A stretch of 64,000 nt of DNA. It comes from an uncultured cyanobacterium (lineage in GTDB: Bacteria; Cyanobacteriota; Cyanobacteriia; Cyanobacteriales; CAWUOF01). Below, one piece after another: positions 47,225 to 58,494 of this stretch. The notes under the pieces are model-generated. The model made no database searches. It worked only from the letters and a program-made list of their open reading frames with translations, and had not been told where the DNA came from. How positions within the stretch are numbered: position 1 is the stretch's first letter; every line of letters begins with the position of its first letter. The position numbers and the translations under genes were made by a program. The stretch spans positions 1,632,001 through 1,696,000 of the forward strand of contig CAVUSO010000001.1 in NCBI GenBank assembly GCA_963744145.1. The letters run 5' to 3'.

Positions 47225-47780
47225 GAGGGTGATGTTTTATTATAGTGTCATCACAAAAAATATAGCTAAGACGATCGCTCAAGTCAGCCTCATCTGCTTA
47301 AGTAGTTGTAGCTCATCATCTTCTGTCACCACTAATCCTAGTCCCACCGCAACTATTACTTCTGTAACCTCACCTACTCACCAAATTCCCGCTAAATATA
47401 TCTTAGTTAAGAATGCTGGTGTGAATGCTACTGTTATGGTCACTATCTATAAAGTTGATAGTCAATGTGAAAAGTTCATTCCTGAACAAGTCTCTCTCCC
47501 AAAAGAACGTGCCATGGACATCGCTGTGGGTCAAGTTATTCAGCAACAGAACACCGGTGACTTTAATTTAGAGGGTTATCGAATTAGCGTAGAACCTAAG
47601 ACCGCAATCGCTACAGTTGATTTTCGCTTGTCTGGGAGTTCTCAACGTCGATTGAGTTCTTTGTCGAGTTGTGAACAGATGGCTTTATTTGGGAGTTTGA
47701 ATAAAACTTTAACAGGTAATTCCCTCTGGCACATTAAAAAAGTCCGTTTTACTGAACAAGGAAAAACAATTTTGCTTTAA
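47223..47780 (+). CDS. GerMN-domain lipoprotein-like protein
   Basis: LSSC lipobox-like motif, Ser/Thr linker, ATVDF...LSSCEQ...SLNKTL...IKKVRF; start uncertain. Confidence 0.7.
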   Translation: MRVMFYYSVITKNIAKTIAQVSLICLSSCSSSSSVTTNPSPTATITSVTSPTHQIPAKYILVKNAGVNATVMVTIYKVDSQCEKFIPEQVSLPKERAMDIAVGQVIQQQNTGDFNLEGYRISVEPKTAIATVDFRLSGSSQRRLSSLSSCEQMALFGSLNKTLTGNSLWHIKKVRFTEQGKTILL

Positions 47781-47808
47781 GGTTGGACTACCTTGGGACA
47801 CTGAGTTA

Positions 47809-47944
47809 TACCAATTTTTGATGAAACTGCAGAGAATTGATCCCCCCAACCCCCTTAAAAAGGGGGAGCCGGAATTCTTGCGTCCCCCTTTTGAAGGGGG
47901 ATTTAGGGGGATTTAGATCTGTGCAACTTCACATTAAATTGGTA
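47809..47944. mobile_element. MITE (136 bp) carrying an internal GC hairpin repeat
   Basis: Imperfect TIRs TACCAATTTTTGATGAAACTGCA / TGCAACTTCACATTAAATTGGTA; flanking TTA duplication; internal CCCCC/GGGGG hairpins. Confidence 0.75.
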
Positions 47945-48027
47945 TTAGTCATCCAGCTCTAGACAGGAAAGCTAGAAACAATCTACAATCAGATTGTCCG
48001 TTTTTTTATTTCTGATGGCGCAAAATT

Positions 48028-48150
48028 ATGGATGTCAAATTAGTTATAGCGGTATTGACAGTAGTTTTCACCGTAGCTACCTTGTTTTTTGGCACTAAAA
48101 ACGGATTCTATGATTCAGATAACTATCATGGTAATGGCTCTGCCCATTAG
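48028..48150 (+). CDS. ndhP: NDH-1 small subunit NdhP (40 aa; absent from the ORF track)
   Basis: MDVKLVIAVLTVVFTVATLFFGTKNGFYDSDNYHGNGSAH with the diagnostic C-terminus. Confidence 0.92.
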   Translation: MDVKLVIAVLTVVFTVATLFFGTKNGFYDSDNYHGNGSAH

Positions 48151-48178
48151 ATTTGCTTAGATCGTATTAAGCTTGGTC

Positions 48179-48211
48179 AAGACGCATTTGGGAAACAAGT
48201 GCGTTTTTTTT
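48179..48211 (+). terminator. Intrinsic terminator after ndhP
   Basis: GACGCATTTG-GGAAA-CAAGTGCGTT stem-loop followed by a T-run. Confidence 0.7.
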
Positions 48212-48689
48212 CCCGATCGGGTTATTTTAGCCAATCGATCGCGACAACCAGAGTTAACTGAACTTACACCCTCTTTGCTAAAAAAATATATTTAGATATT
48301 TTAAGTTTACCAAAATTCCATAAACCTTGAGTTATAGTCGTTGTAAATACTGATTTAACGAGGGTGAAAAATCAAAAAACTGCTAATTTTAAAGTTCTTT
48401 TAAGTATTTTCGCGGAGTTAATGTGATGTAATATACGGGTATCTATTTACCAACATTTACATAAAGAAACAGATCATAATCTGTGAAAATCTGTCCGTCA
48501 TCAGTAATTATACTCAATCAAATTGGGATAATAACTTTTGAGCGAAAAAAAATGTTTTTACTGCCATGGAGAAAATAGGAAAATTATTTTTCTGAGTTAT
48601 AGATTCAGTCAGCTCAAAGTAAGAAAATAGATGAAAGCTTACACAACTGTGTTTTACTAATCCATAAGGGTTCAAGGAATCATCAGACT

Positions 48690-49799
48690 ATGTTAGAAAA
48701 ACTTCCTCATTCTTTTGCTCCTAATCCAGATCAAGACCTCCCTACTCAGGGGGCAAAAAAAAATATTGTAGCACCAGAGAAAAAGTTTTTTATTTCGTTA
48801 CTCGTACCAGCTTATAATGAAGCTGTAATTATCAAAGAAAACCTAGAGCTACTGTATGAATACATGAAATCCCTGGAAGATGAGTATAACTGGGAAATAG
48901 TTGTAGTCAACGATGGTAGTAAAGATGAGACTGGAGAACTAGCTGAAGATTTTGCCAGAGATAAAGATCATATTCAGATCTTACACCATTACGTTAACGG
49001 TGGTCTTGGTCAAGCATTAAAAACTGGATTTAGTGCCTGTCAAGGGGATTGCATTATCACCATTGACTTAGACTTAAGTTATGCACCTGATCATATTGAG
49101 AGGATGGTCAGGAAAATGCAACAGACTAGAGCTAAAATTGTCGTAGCTTCTCCTTATATTAAAGGTGGTAAAGTTTCTAATGTCCCTTGGCTAAGACTAT
49201 ATTTAAGCATCTGGGCAAATAAATTTTTATCTGCTACTTCTAAAGGAGACTTGCATACTTTAACAGGAATGGTAAGAGCTTATGATGGAATATTTATCAA
49301 GTCGATTAATCTCAGATGTATGGGGATGGAAGTAAATCCAGAAATTATCCATAAAGCGCGAATGTTACGTGCTAAAATCGAAGAAATTCCCGCCCATTTA
49401 TGCTGGCACCCTCAACCGAAAAAGAAGGTGAAAAGACAGTCGAGTATGAAAATCTTGAAGCATACATGGGCGATCGTATTTTTTGGCTTTATTTTTAGGC
49501 CAGTTATGTTTTTTATTATTCCTGGGTTTATCCTATTATTAATTTCTATTTATGCCAGTATATCAACGGCCATTTTGGTATTTAATACTTATCAATTTGA
49601 ACCACATCATGCCATCGCGCTCGCTTTTGATGTATCCCCCCATTTATTTGTAATCGGTGGCATGAGTTTGATGTTGGCAGTTCAGTTAATGAGCTTGGGG
49701 ATTTTATCTTTGCAAAATAAGACTTATTTTGAAGAGATGTTTTATTTGGGGACAGCTATCTACAATTCTAAGCAAAATAATCAGGACCAGAATCAATGA
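48690..49799 (+). CDS. GT2 polyprenyl-phosphate glycosyltransferase (ArnC/GtrB/DPM-like) with C-terminal TMs
   Basis: LVPAYNE, VNDGSKD and IDLD motifs; C-terminal hydrophobic helices. Confidence 0.85.
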   Translation: MLEKLPHSFAPNPDQDLPTQGAKKNIVAPEKKFFISLLVPAYNEAVIIKENLELLYEYMKSLEDEYNWEIVVVNDGSKDETGELAEDFARDKDHIQILHHYVNGGLGQALKTGFSACQGDCIITIDLDLSYAPDHIERMVRKMQQTRAKIVVASPYIKGGKVSNVPWLRLYLSIWANKFLSATSKGDLHTLTGMVRAYDGIFIKSINLRCMGMEVNPEIIHKARMLRAKIEEIPAHLCWHPQPKKKVKRQSSMKILKHTWAIVFFGFIFRPVMFFIIPGFILLLISIYASISTAILVFNTYQFEPHHAIALAFDVSPHLFVIGGMSLMLAVQLMSLGILSLQNKTYFEEMFYLGTAIYNSKQNNQDQNQ

Positions 49800-51031
49800 C
49801 TAAAGATGTATTATCGCCAGAAAAGATTTTGACTCTGCCCTCAGATCAAGAAGCTTCAGGTCGAACTTTAGGTGAAGAAGAAATTGCACTACTAACTAAG
49901 GCAATTCACAGTGGTACTTTGACCAGTACGAAAGGCAATTTTGTGAAAACCTTAGAAACCCAATTTGCTAAATCTATTGGGGTTAAACACGCTTATGCTT
50001 GTGCATCAGGAACAGGTGCAATTCATGTCGCTGTTGCAGCGATCGACCCAGAACCAGGTGATGAGATCGTCACCACTGCGATTACAGATATGGGAGCATT
50101 AACACCCATTCTTTATCAAGGTGCAATTCCTGTATTTGCTGATGTCGATCCAAAAACTTGGAACGTCACCGCAGCGAGTATTGAAAAAAGTTTAAGCGAT
50201 CGCACCAAAGCAATTATCGTGACCCACTTATTTGGTAATCCCTGTGAGATGGATGAAATTACTGAATTAGCGCGATCGCGAAATATTCCCATCATCGAAG
50301 ATTGCGCTCAAGCATTTGGAGCTAAACATAACAACCAGCATATCGGCTCCTTTGGAGCAGTAGGTTGTTTTAGCTTACAACAAGGTAAACATATTACCAC
50401 AGGTGAAGGTGGAATAGTTACCACCAATGACGATGCTTTAGCTCGACGGATGTTTTTATTTATTAACAAAGCTTGGGGATATGGTGATCCCCAACCCGAT
50501 CATTACTTTTTAGCACTTAATTATCGGATGTGCGAATTGCAGGGAGCAGTAGCAGTCGGACAGTTAGAAAAATTAGACAGTGTTGTCCAGAGCCGAATTA
50601 CTGCTGCTAATAAACTAACTGAAAAATTGCAAGGACTAAAGGGAATCCAAACACCATGGGTGAGTGCTAAAAATGTTCACACTTATTGGAAATATTGCCT
50701 CAGTGTAGATGGTACAGTTATCCCTAATGGTCCAGTTGGATTAGCGCAACGCTTAAAAGAAAAAGGAATTTTCTCAGCTCCAAGATATATCCAAAAACCA
50801 GCCTTTATGTGCGAAATTTTCCAAAAACAAAACACTTTTGGTAAATCTCGCTTTCCCTTCACCTTAGCTCGTCCTGAAGCAGTTAATTACGATCGCTCCC
50901 TCTTCCCAGGAACTTTTGCTGGGTTAGAAAGCGTTTTAGTTTTACCCTGGAATGAACGCTACACTGACGAACATATCGACTATATTGCCAATTCCATCTC
51001 CCAAGTACATCAGACTCTTGTCGCTCAATAA
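49796..51031 (+). CDS. DegT/DnrJ/EryC1/StrS sugar aminotransferase
   Basis: SGTGAIH, IIEDCAQ and FSLQQGKHITTGEGG motifs. Confidence 0.92.
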   Translation: MTKDVLSPEKILTLPSDQEASGRTLGEEEIALLTKAIHSGTLTSTKGNFVKTLETQFAKSIGVKHAYACASGTGAIHVAVAAIDPEPGDEIVTTAITDMGALTPILYQGAIPVFADVDPKTWNVTAASIEKSLSDRTKAIIVTHLFGNPCEMDEITELARSRNIPIIEDCAQAFGAKHNNQHIGSFGAVGCFSLQQGKHITTGEGGIVTTNDDALARRMFLFINKAWGYGDPQPDHYFLALNYRMCELQGAVAVGQLEKLDSVVQSRITAANKLTEKLQGLKGIQTPWVSAKNVHTYWKYCLSVDGTVIPNGPVGLAQRLKEKGIFSAPRYIQKPAFMCEIFQKQNTFGKSRFPFTLARPEAVNYDRSLFPGTFAGLESVLVLPWNERYTDEHIDYIANSISQVHQTLVAQ

Positions 51032-51076
51032 CCAGCAACAAGATTACTCATTCACACAGAATAAACTAGTAAAATC

Positions 51077-52120
51077 ATGGAAGAAAAAATCAAGTTCGGA
51101 CTGGTTGGTGCTGGAGGTATCGCTCAATCTTATGTGCAAGCATTTGGTAGTAGCGAACATGGTCAATTAGTAGCAGTTGCTGATATTTATCCGGAATTAG
51201 CACTACGATTAGCCGAAAAAATTCCTGGATGTCAAAGTTATGAGTCTTACCAAAAAATGGCGGAATCAGCTGATGTCGATGCTGTCATTATCTGTACACC
51301 ACCAATTAGTCACCCAGAAATCAGTCTCTACTTTTTAGAACGCAAAATTAACGTTTTGTGTGAAAAACCTCTCAGCGTCAATGTCCAAAGCGCCAATCTG
51401 ATGTTGGAAGGAGCAAAAAAAGCTGGTGTAATTCTGACGATGGCTTCAAAATTTCGCTATGTTAAAGATGTAGAAAAAGCCAAAAGCATTGTTGATTCCG
51501 GAATTTTAGGTGAGATCGTTTTATTTGAAAACGCTTTTACCTCTCGGGTCGATATGAAATCCCGTTGGAATTCCGATCCTAAAATTAGCGGTGGTGGAGT
51601 TTTAATTGATAATGGAACTCACTCCGTTGATATTATGCGCTACTTCCTTGGACCGATCGCCGAAGTGCAAGTGGTGGAAGGAAAAAAAGTGCAAGGATTA
51701 CCTGTAGAAGATACAGTCCGGATTTTTGTGAAAAGTGTTGCTGGTGTAGTTGGTAATGTAGATCTTTCCTGGAGTATCAATAAGGAAATAGATTACTATA
51801 TCCGGATTTATGGTTCTCTCGGAACTATTTCTATTGGTTGGAAAGAATCAAAATATCGTCAGGGATCTAACAACGAGTGGATTGCTTTTGGTACAGGTTA
51901 CGACAAAGTGCAAGCATTTCGCTCTCAAATCGATAACTTTGCTCAAGCAATTCGTAAAGAAGAACGTCTGATTATTACTGGTGAAGATGCGATCGCTTCG
52001 GTGCAAGTAATCGAAACTGCTTATGAAGCTCTACGTCAAAGTAATTGGCTTCCGGTTACCCAAAATTTAGCTTACCAGAAAAATGTTGAAGCTCAAGCTG
52101 AACCCAGTATAGTGGGCTAA
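51077..52120 (+). CDS. Gfo/Idh/MocA NAD-dependent sugar oxidoreductase
   Basis: GLVGAGGIA, VLCEKP and GGGVLIDNGTH motifs. Confidence 0.92.
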   Translation: MEEKIKFGLVGAGGIAQSYVQAFGSSEHGQLVAVADIYPELALRLAEKIPGCQSYESYQKMAESADVDAVIICTPPISHPEISLYFLERKINVLCEKPLSVNVQSANLMLEGAKKAGVILTMASKFRYVKDVEKAKSIVDSGILGEIVLFENAFTSRVDMKSRWNSDPKISGGGVLIDNGTHSVDIMRYFLGPIAEVQVVEGKKVQGLPVEDTVRIFVKSVAGVVGNVDLSWSINKEIDYYIRIYGSLGTISIGWKESKYRQGSNNEWIAFGTGYDKVQAFRSQIDNFAQAIRKEERLIITGEDAIASVQVIETAYEALRQSNWLPVTQNLAYQKNVEAQAEPSIVG

Positions 52121-52210
52121 TTAAATATTTAGTTTCAGTTAGGTTATTGTTCAGAAACTGAGTTTTTTTGGCAAAGAAAACTCAGTTTTACTTATCTACA
52201 GTTAGGGATT

Positions 52211-52837
52211 ATGGACATTCGCATTCATCCGACTGCTAACATTGAAAAAGATGTAAAAATTGGTGCTGGTTCGGCAATTTGGGATAATGTTCACATTAGA
52301 TATGCAACTCAGATTGGTGTAGAGTGCATTATTGGTGAAAAAACTTATATTGCTTATGGAGTAAAAATTGGTAATCGCGTCAAAATTAATGCTTTTGTTT
52401 ATATTTGTACCGCAGTCACAATCGAAGATGGAGTAATGATTGCTGCGGGCACAATTTTTACAAATGACCGTTTTCCTCGAGCCACAACAGTGGATTTAAA
52501 AGAGTTACGCAGTTCCGACCCCGATGAACATACTTTACCAACCTTAGTCCGGGAAGGAGCAACTATTGGTGCTGGATGTATCATTGGTAATGATTTAGAA
52601 ATTGGTCGTTTTGCGATGATTGGGATGGGTGCTGTAATCACTAAATCAGTACCTGATTTTCATCTCATGATGGGACATCCAGCTAAGTCAGCAGGTTGTG
52701 TATGTAGATGTGGACAATTACTACAACGTTTCTCTTTAGAGAATATTTGTGATTTTAATGAATTAGTTTGTAGTAGTTGTGGATTAAAATATGCAGTCAA
52801 AAATGGTACAGTCATTGAACTAACTCCACCATCATAA
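52211..52837 (+). CDS. Hexapeptide-repeat N-acyltransferase (WbpD/WlbB-like)
   Basis: Left-handed beta-helix repeats, FTND.FPRA, GHPA, C-terminal CxC...CxxC. Confidence 0.88.
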   Translation: MDIRIHPTANIEKDVKIGAGSAIWDNVHIRYATQIGVECIIGEKTYIAYGVKIGNRVKINAFVYICTAVTIEDGVMIAAGTIFTNDRFPRATTVDLKELRSSDPDEHTLPTLVREGATIGAGCIIGNDLEIGRFAMIGMGAVITKSVPDFHLMMGHPAKSAGCVCRCGQLLQRFSLENICDFNELVCSSCGLKYAVKNGTVIELTPPS

Positions 52838-52894
52838 AAGTTCCCTGCTTTTACCTGACTAACGCTGAAATAAATTATATCCAATCAATTAAAA

Positions 52895-54238
52895 ATGAAT
52901 AAATTAGAAAGCTGGGGTATTGTTGGGGGCGGAATTTTGGGGATGACTCTAGCTCTCCGTCTAGCTCAACAAGGTAAAAATGTAACTTTGTTCGAGAAAG
53001 CAGATCATTTCGGGGGACTTGCTAGTACCTGGTACATTGGGGATGTGCAGTGGGATCGTCATTATCATGTTACCTTGCTATCTGATACCAGGTTGCGATC
53101 GCTTTTAACCGAATTAGGTTTAGAAACAGAAATGGAATGGGTGATTACCCGAACTGGTTTTTATACCGATGGGAAACTATATTCCATGTCCAATGCGATC
53201 GAATTTCTCCGTTTTCCCCCACTAGGTTTAATCGATAAAATTCGGTTAGCGTTTACGATTATTTATGCTTCCAAAATTAAAAATTGGCGTGATCTCGAAA
53301 AAATTCCTGTCACTGATTGGTTAAAAAAATGGTCTGGTAAACATACTTTTGATAAAATCTGGCTTCCTTTATTACGAGCTAAGTTAGGTGAAAACTATCA
53401 AAAAGCCTCAGCTTCTTTTATTTGGGCAATTATCGCTCGGATGTATGCAGCGCGTCGGACTGGTTTAAAAAAAGAAATGTTTGGCTATGTGCGTGGTGGA
53501 TATGCACAAATTATTGAGCGTTTTGCTGAAGTTTTAACTGAGAAAAATGTCACGTTAAAATTAAATCATTCTCTCTCTAAAGTAGAGTCAGGTGCAGATC
53601 AGAAAATTAATATTCATTTTGAAAATGGACAACAAGAAACTTTTGATCGGGTGATAGTCACTACAGCAGCTCCCATTGCAGCTCAAGTTTGTGCAGGACT
53701 AACTCAAACGGAAATATCTAAGTTAAAAGGGATTGAATATCAAGGGATCATTTGTGCTTCCCTATTATTAAAAAAATCCCTTTCCCCTTTCTATGTTACT
53801 AACATTACTGATACTTGGGTGCCGTTTACCGGAGTAATTGAAATGTCCGCACTGGTCGATCGCAAACATTTTGGTGGTAATGCTTTAGTTTATCTCCCTA
53901 AATATGTGGTTCCAGATGACCCAGCTTTTGCTTTATCAGATGCAGAATTAGAAGAAAAATTTGTTTCTGCTCTCATCCAAATGTATCCCCATTTTGAACG
54001 GAGTGATGTGCTAGCATTTCGGGTGTCTAGAGTTAAATATGTCCTAGCAATTTCGACGTTAAACTATTCAGATATTATCCCACCCATACCAACTTCGATC
54101 CGCGGTCTTTATATTATTAATTCTGCCCATATTGCTAACGGAACTCTCAATGTAAATGAAAGTATCCAATTAGCCGAAAAAGCCGTTTCTGAAGTTTTAT
54201 TTGATCCGGCATATTCAGCAGAATCACCGTTAGAATAA
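52895..54238 (+). CDS. FAD-dependent oxidoreductase/mutase of polysaccharide clusters
   Basis: IVGGGILG, FEK...GGLA, DRHYH and GYVRGG motifs. Confidence 0.8.
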   Translation: MNKLESWGIVGGGILGMTLALRLAQQGKNVTLFEKADHFGGLASTWYIGDVQWDRHYHVTLLSDTRLRSLLTELGLETEMEWVITRTGFYTDGKLYSMSNAIEFLRFPPLGLIDKIRLAFTIIYASKIKNWRDLEKIPVTDWLKKWSGKHTFDKIWLPLLRAKLGENYQKASASFIWAIIARMYAARRTGLKKEMFGYVRGGYAQIIERFAEVLTEKNVTLKLNHSLSKVESGADQKINIHFENGQQETFDRVIVTTAAPIAAQVCAGLTQTEISKLKGIEYQGIICASLLLKKSLSPFYVTNITDTWVPFTGVIEMSALVDRKHFGGNALVYLPKYVVPDDPAFALSDAELEEKFVSALIQMYPHFERSDVLAFRVSRVKYVLAISTLNYSDIIPPIPTSIRGLYIINSAHIANGTLNVNESIQLAEKAVSEVLFDPAYSAESPLE

Positions 54239-54263
54239 AATCATACCAAACCACCAAAAACCT

Positions 54264-55232
54264 ATGAAACCTATCGCTAGTTTATCCCTCGATCTTGATA
54301 ATCAATGGTCCTATATGAAAACCCATGGTGATCCAGGTTGGGAAAGTTTTCCTTCTTACTTGGATATTGTTGTACCCCGGTTTCTCGATTTTCTCCAAGA
54401 ACGAGAACTCACCATTACAGTTTTTATTGTCGGTCAAGATGCGGCTTTAGAAAAGAATCATCAAGCACTCAGAGCGATCGCCAATGCGGGACATGAAATT
54501 GGGAATCATTCCTTTCACCATCAACCCTGGTTACATCTTTATTCTGAGTCAGAAATTGATAATGAAATTGCGATCGCTGAGGAAAATATTCAATTAGCTA
54601 CAGGGAAAAAAACCATTGGTTTTCGTGGACCGGGTTTTAGTATTTCCCGTGCGACTTTGCAAGTATTAGCAAGGAGAGGTTATCAATATGATGCTTCTAC
54701 TTTTCCGACTTTTCTCGGACCTTTAGCTCGTGCTTATTATTTTATGACCAGTAAGTTAAGCAAAGAAGAAATGGAACAACGCAAAGCACTTTTTGGCACC
54801 CTAGGAGAAGGTTTACGACCCTTAAAACCCTACCAATGGCGTTTAGATGCTGCGGAAATAATTGAAATTCCTGTGACTACTATGCCAATTTTTAAAGTGC
54901 CAATTCATTTCAGCTATCTGCTTTATTTAGCCATATTTTCTGCTCCTTTAGCACAATTTTATTTTCAAATTGCCCTGCTCATGTGCCGATTGACAGGAAC
55001 TCAACCATCTTTATTGCTCCATCCCCTCGATTTTTTAGGTGGTGATGATGTACCGGAATTAGCTTTTTTCCCAGCTATGAATATGCCCGCTTATAAAAAA
55101 ATTGCTTTGCTCAGTAAAACAATTGGAATGCTCTCCCAAGAATTTAAGATCGTCACTATGCAACAACACGCTCACCTAATAAGTGCTGCTAAAATTCCCT
55201 TAGTTGAACCCAATTTTCATCATCAAACTTAA
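54264..55232 (+). CDS. Polysaccharide deacetylase (NodB/ArnD-like)
   Basis: LSLDLD, TVFIVG, HEIGNHSFHH, GFRGPGF and YDAS motifs. Confidence 0.88.
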   Translation: MKPIASLSLDLDNQWSYMKTHGDPGWESFPSYLDIVVPRFLDFLQERELTITVFIVGQDAALEKNHQALRAIANAGHEIGNHSFHHQPWLHLYSESEIDNEIAIAEENIQLATGKKTIGFRGPGFSISRATLQVLARRGYQYDASTFPTFLGPLARAYYFMTSKLSKEEMEQRKALFGTLGEGLRPLKPYQWRLDAAEIIEIPVTTMPIFKVPIHFSYLLYLAIFSAPLAQFYFQIALLMCRLTGTQPSLLLHPLDFLGGDDVPELAFFPAMNMPAYKKIALLSKTIGMLSQEFKIVTMQQHAHLISAAKIPLVEPNFHHQT

Positions 55233-55247
55233 TCAAGTTTAATCTTT

Positions 55248-56822
55248 ATGACCATCAAAATTCCTACATCTCCTATTCACATCGAGCCAAAATTAGTGAT
55301 TAGTGGATGTATATTTTTAAATCTGTTAATTTGTCTGATACTAGGAGCAAATCTCAATTTGTCTTCCGATGAAGCTTATGCTTTCCATACGACCGGAAGC
55401 AATCTTAAATATGCCTTCGATCAAGCAATAAATTTTGAATTGCAACCCCCCCTATATTTTATCATGCTCTGGGGGTGGCGCAGTTTAAAAAGTTCGATTT
55501 TTTTCGCCAGATTGTTATCGATTATATTTATTACGATCACCCTGACAATTCTGCCCAAAATATCCCGCAGGTTTTTGCCAGAAATTAATCCAGTCTGGCT
55601 CGTTATTTTTCTCGCTTTTAACCCTTTTGTAATTTGGGCTGCTTTAGAAATTAGAGTTTATGCTTTTGTCCTACTTCTGTCAGCTTTATTGTTGTTATTT
55701 TTTTTCGATGGTTATTTAGCAGAAATACCTCAGCATCGAGCTAGATGGTGGTATATATTAGTTGCCATCCTGGCTTTATATACACAATATTATTTAGGTT
55801 TCTTTTTAGTTGCTAATGCTTGTGCTTTGCTAGTTTTAAGACGTTGGCAAACATTACGTGATTATGTGATCGCAATGGTGCCCGTGGGAGTTTGCTTCAG
55901 CCCCATGTTATGGTTTTTTTTATCCCATAAACAGACTGAGCAACTTGTTTATGCACATACCCACACAAATACTGTAGAAATTATTTCTTTAAGCGATGTT
56001 TTTAAACTGATATCTCGGCGCATATTAGGGTTAATTTTGAGACCAGAATGGATTGGATTTGAACAGCGGGATAGTATCGGATTTTATCTGATTTTTGGGA
56101 TTGCGGTGATCGCGATCGGTTGGCAAACTATTAGATTCCGTCGTCAAATCACTTCTCCTGATCTGGCGATCGCAGTTATTACTGTAGTTTTGATCTTATT
56201 TTTTGTTCCCACCTTATATGTGGTCGGACAATATGGAGTCTTAAGTCGTCATGTAACTCTGATTTTATTACCATTAACTTTGTTAGTTTTTTCTGTACTC
56301 AAAGTATCAATCTTACCAGCTTTTCCCAGATTAGAAAAAAAACAAGTTATCATAGTTGTGATTGTGCTGGTACTAATATCACATCTATCTTCTCTGTATG
56401 TAACCTATGCAAACATGGCGAAACTAGGTGATCAAGTTCGCATTGCTGCTTATCTTCAAGCCCAAGAAAAACCAGGACAACTTATTGTAGTTTTTAATGA
56501 GTTTATCGCTCTATCCTTGGGATACCAATATACGGGCATCAATCCGCTCGTTACTTTACCACAAGAGTTAACTTTTGAAAAATATGATATGCACCAATAT
56601 GCCCTAGAAGATGAGGGACAAATTGTCAATGCTTTAGCTAAATTTCCTCCCGATCGCCGTACATCTATTTGGCTAGTTAAAACTAATACTTGTGCCTACG
56701 CTAATATTGATTTTCATTGTGAAATCTTAAATAATTTTGTTAATAAAAATTATCAAATTGAGATCCAGCAAGAATTTTATGGTGCAACCGTAGAATTATT
56801 ACATCGAAAATCGAAAAATTAA
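55248..56822 (+). CDS. GT-C membrane glycosyltransferase (PMT/ArnT-like)
   Basis: SDEAY loop after TM1, QPPLYF, ARLLS and EIRVY motifs; many TMs. Confidence 0.85.
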   Translation: MTIKIPTSPIHIEPKLVISGCIFLNLLICLILGANLNLSSDEAYAFHTTGSNLKYAFDQAINFELQPPLYFIMLWGWRSLKSSIFFARLLSIIFITITLTILPKISRRFLPEINPVWLVIFLAFNPFVIWAALEIRVYAFVLLLSALLLLFFFDGYLAEIPQHRARWWYILVAILALYTQYYLGFFLVANACALLVLRRWQTLRDYVIAMVPVGVCFSPMLWFFLSHKQTEQLVYAHTHTNTVEIISLSDVFKLISRRILGLILRPEWIGFEQRDSIGFYLIFGIAVIAIGWQTIRFRRQITSPDLAIAVITVVLILFFVPTLYVVGQYGVLSRHVTLILLPLTLLVFSVLKVSILPAFPRLEKKQVIIVVIVLVLISHLSSLYVTYANMAKLGDQVRIAAYLQAQEKPGQLIVVFNEFIALSLGYQYTGINPLVTLPQELTFEKYDMHQYALEDEGQIVNALAKFPPDRRTSIWLVKTNTCAYANIDFHCEILNNFVNKNYQIEIQQEFYGATVELLHRKSKN

Positions 56823-56871
56823 TATGCTACTCTGAATTTAGCCAGATTTGCAAAAATACCTAGGAAAAATA

Positions 56872-57246
56872 ATGCTAAGTTTACCAGAATTAGGAATGCT
56901 GTTAATGGCAACTATCGGGAGTGTATCCGGACAATATTTTCTCAAACAAGGAGCATTAAAAATTGGCAAAGTGACTGCTAGTAATTTGGTCGGTCACATT
57001 TTGAGTTTTGCCACCACCCCAGAATTAGTGATTGGTATTACTTGTTATGCTCTGGGGGCGATCGCCTATATTTTGGCCATGACCCGGATTAGACTGAGTA
57101 TTGTTGGACCTTCCTTAGCTTTGAGCTATGTTTTCTCCGTTTTATTGGGCTACTATGCTTTTCACGAAGCAATTCCTGTCCATCGACTCTTTGGGTTAGG
57201 GTTCATTATGTGTGGTGTGATCCTAGTGGTGTGGGAAAAATCCTAA
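56872..57246 (+). CDS. SMR/EamA-like 4-TM flippase (ArnE/F-like)
   Basis: GQYFLKQG, LSIVGP and FHEAI motifs; 4 TMs, 124 aa. Confidence 0.8.
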   Translation: MLSLPELGMLLMATIGSVSGQYFLKQGALKIGKVTASNLVGHILSFATTPELVIGITCYALGAIAYILAMTRIRLSIVGPSLALSYVFSVLLGYYAFHEAIPVHRLFGLGFIMCGVILVVWEKS

Positions 57247-57499
57247 GTTAAAAAAGCAATAATCTAAAAATATTATTAAGAATATTTGGCCTAGATGATG
57301 ATGTCCTCTAGTTTTTTTTGGCATAGATCCCGATATGTATAGTTTTGTAAACAAAAATCCTACCCAGTTAAAATTATTTTCATCATCAACTTGACCATCA
57401 GAAATTTCAGTGAGAACACAGGGGATCGCCTTTTTTTCACCATCTGGAGCGGGTTTTACTCAATGGACTGCATAAATTTTTGGGATCAAATTCTCCACA

Positions 57500-57537
57500 T
57501 TTACAAAACTTTACACATTTTTGTAATAAATTGTAAT
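57500..57537. promoter_or_regulatory. Two oppositely oriented HLR1-like (RpaB) motifs upstream of cpcB
   Basis: TTTACAAA-N2-TTTACACA (+, 57500-57517) and ATTACAAT-N2-ATTACAAA (-, 57520-57537). Confidence 0.6.
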
Positions 57538-57785
57538 AACAAGCGGCTCAATAGCGTTGTATAAAAATAACCTGAAGGGTAGAGAGGACAGGCAAAAATA
57601 ATCAAAACACTGTTTTACCAGAATTATCTGGGTTCTCATAAAAAAGGTAAAATTTTCTAAGATTTCTCAAATCGACAGTTTGATCGCCGCAGCAGGGGAA
57701 GGTCAGGCCAAAAAGAGAGAAACTTAAAATCAGTGTAAAAAATGTCTGTCCTTGAACTTTCCAGGTTGTGCCATCCGCAGCTTGA

Positions 57786-58362
<577 letters not shown>

Positions 58363-58494
58363 GAATCAAACCTCTAATTAATCAGGCATTTCTGAGTCAA
58401 AGTTGAAAACTAAAAACTTCAACTAGAGACAAAGTTTGTCCCATCATTCTTGTCACTGAACACTTTGCATATAAATTAGGGAGACAAAACCAAG

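Noticed and set aside
48423..48436. NtcA-like GTG-N8-TAC upstream of the glycosylation cluster
   Set aside because: Imperfect match in very AT-rich DNA; insufficient evidence.
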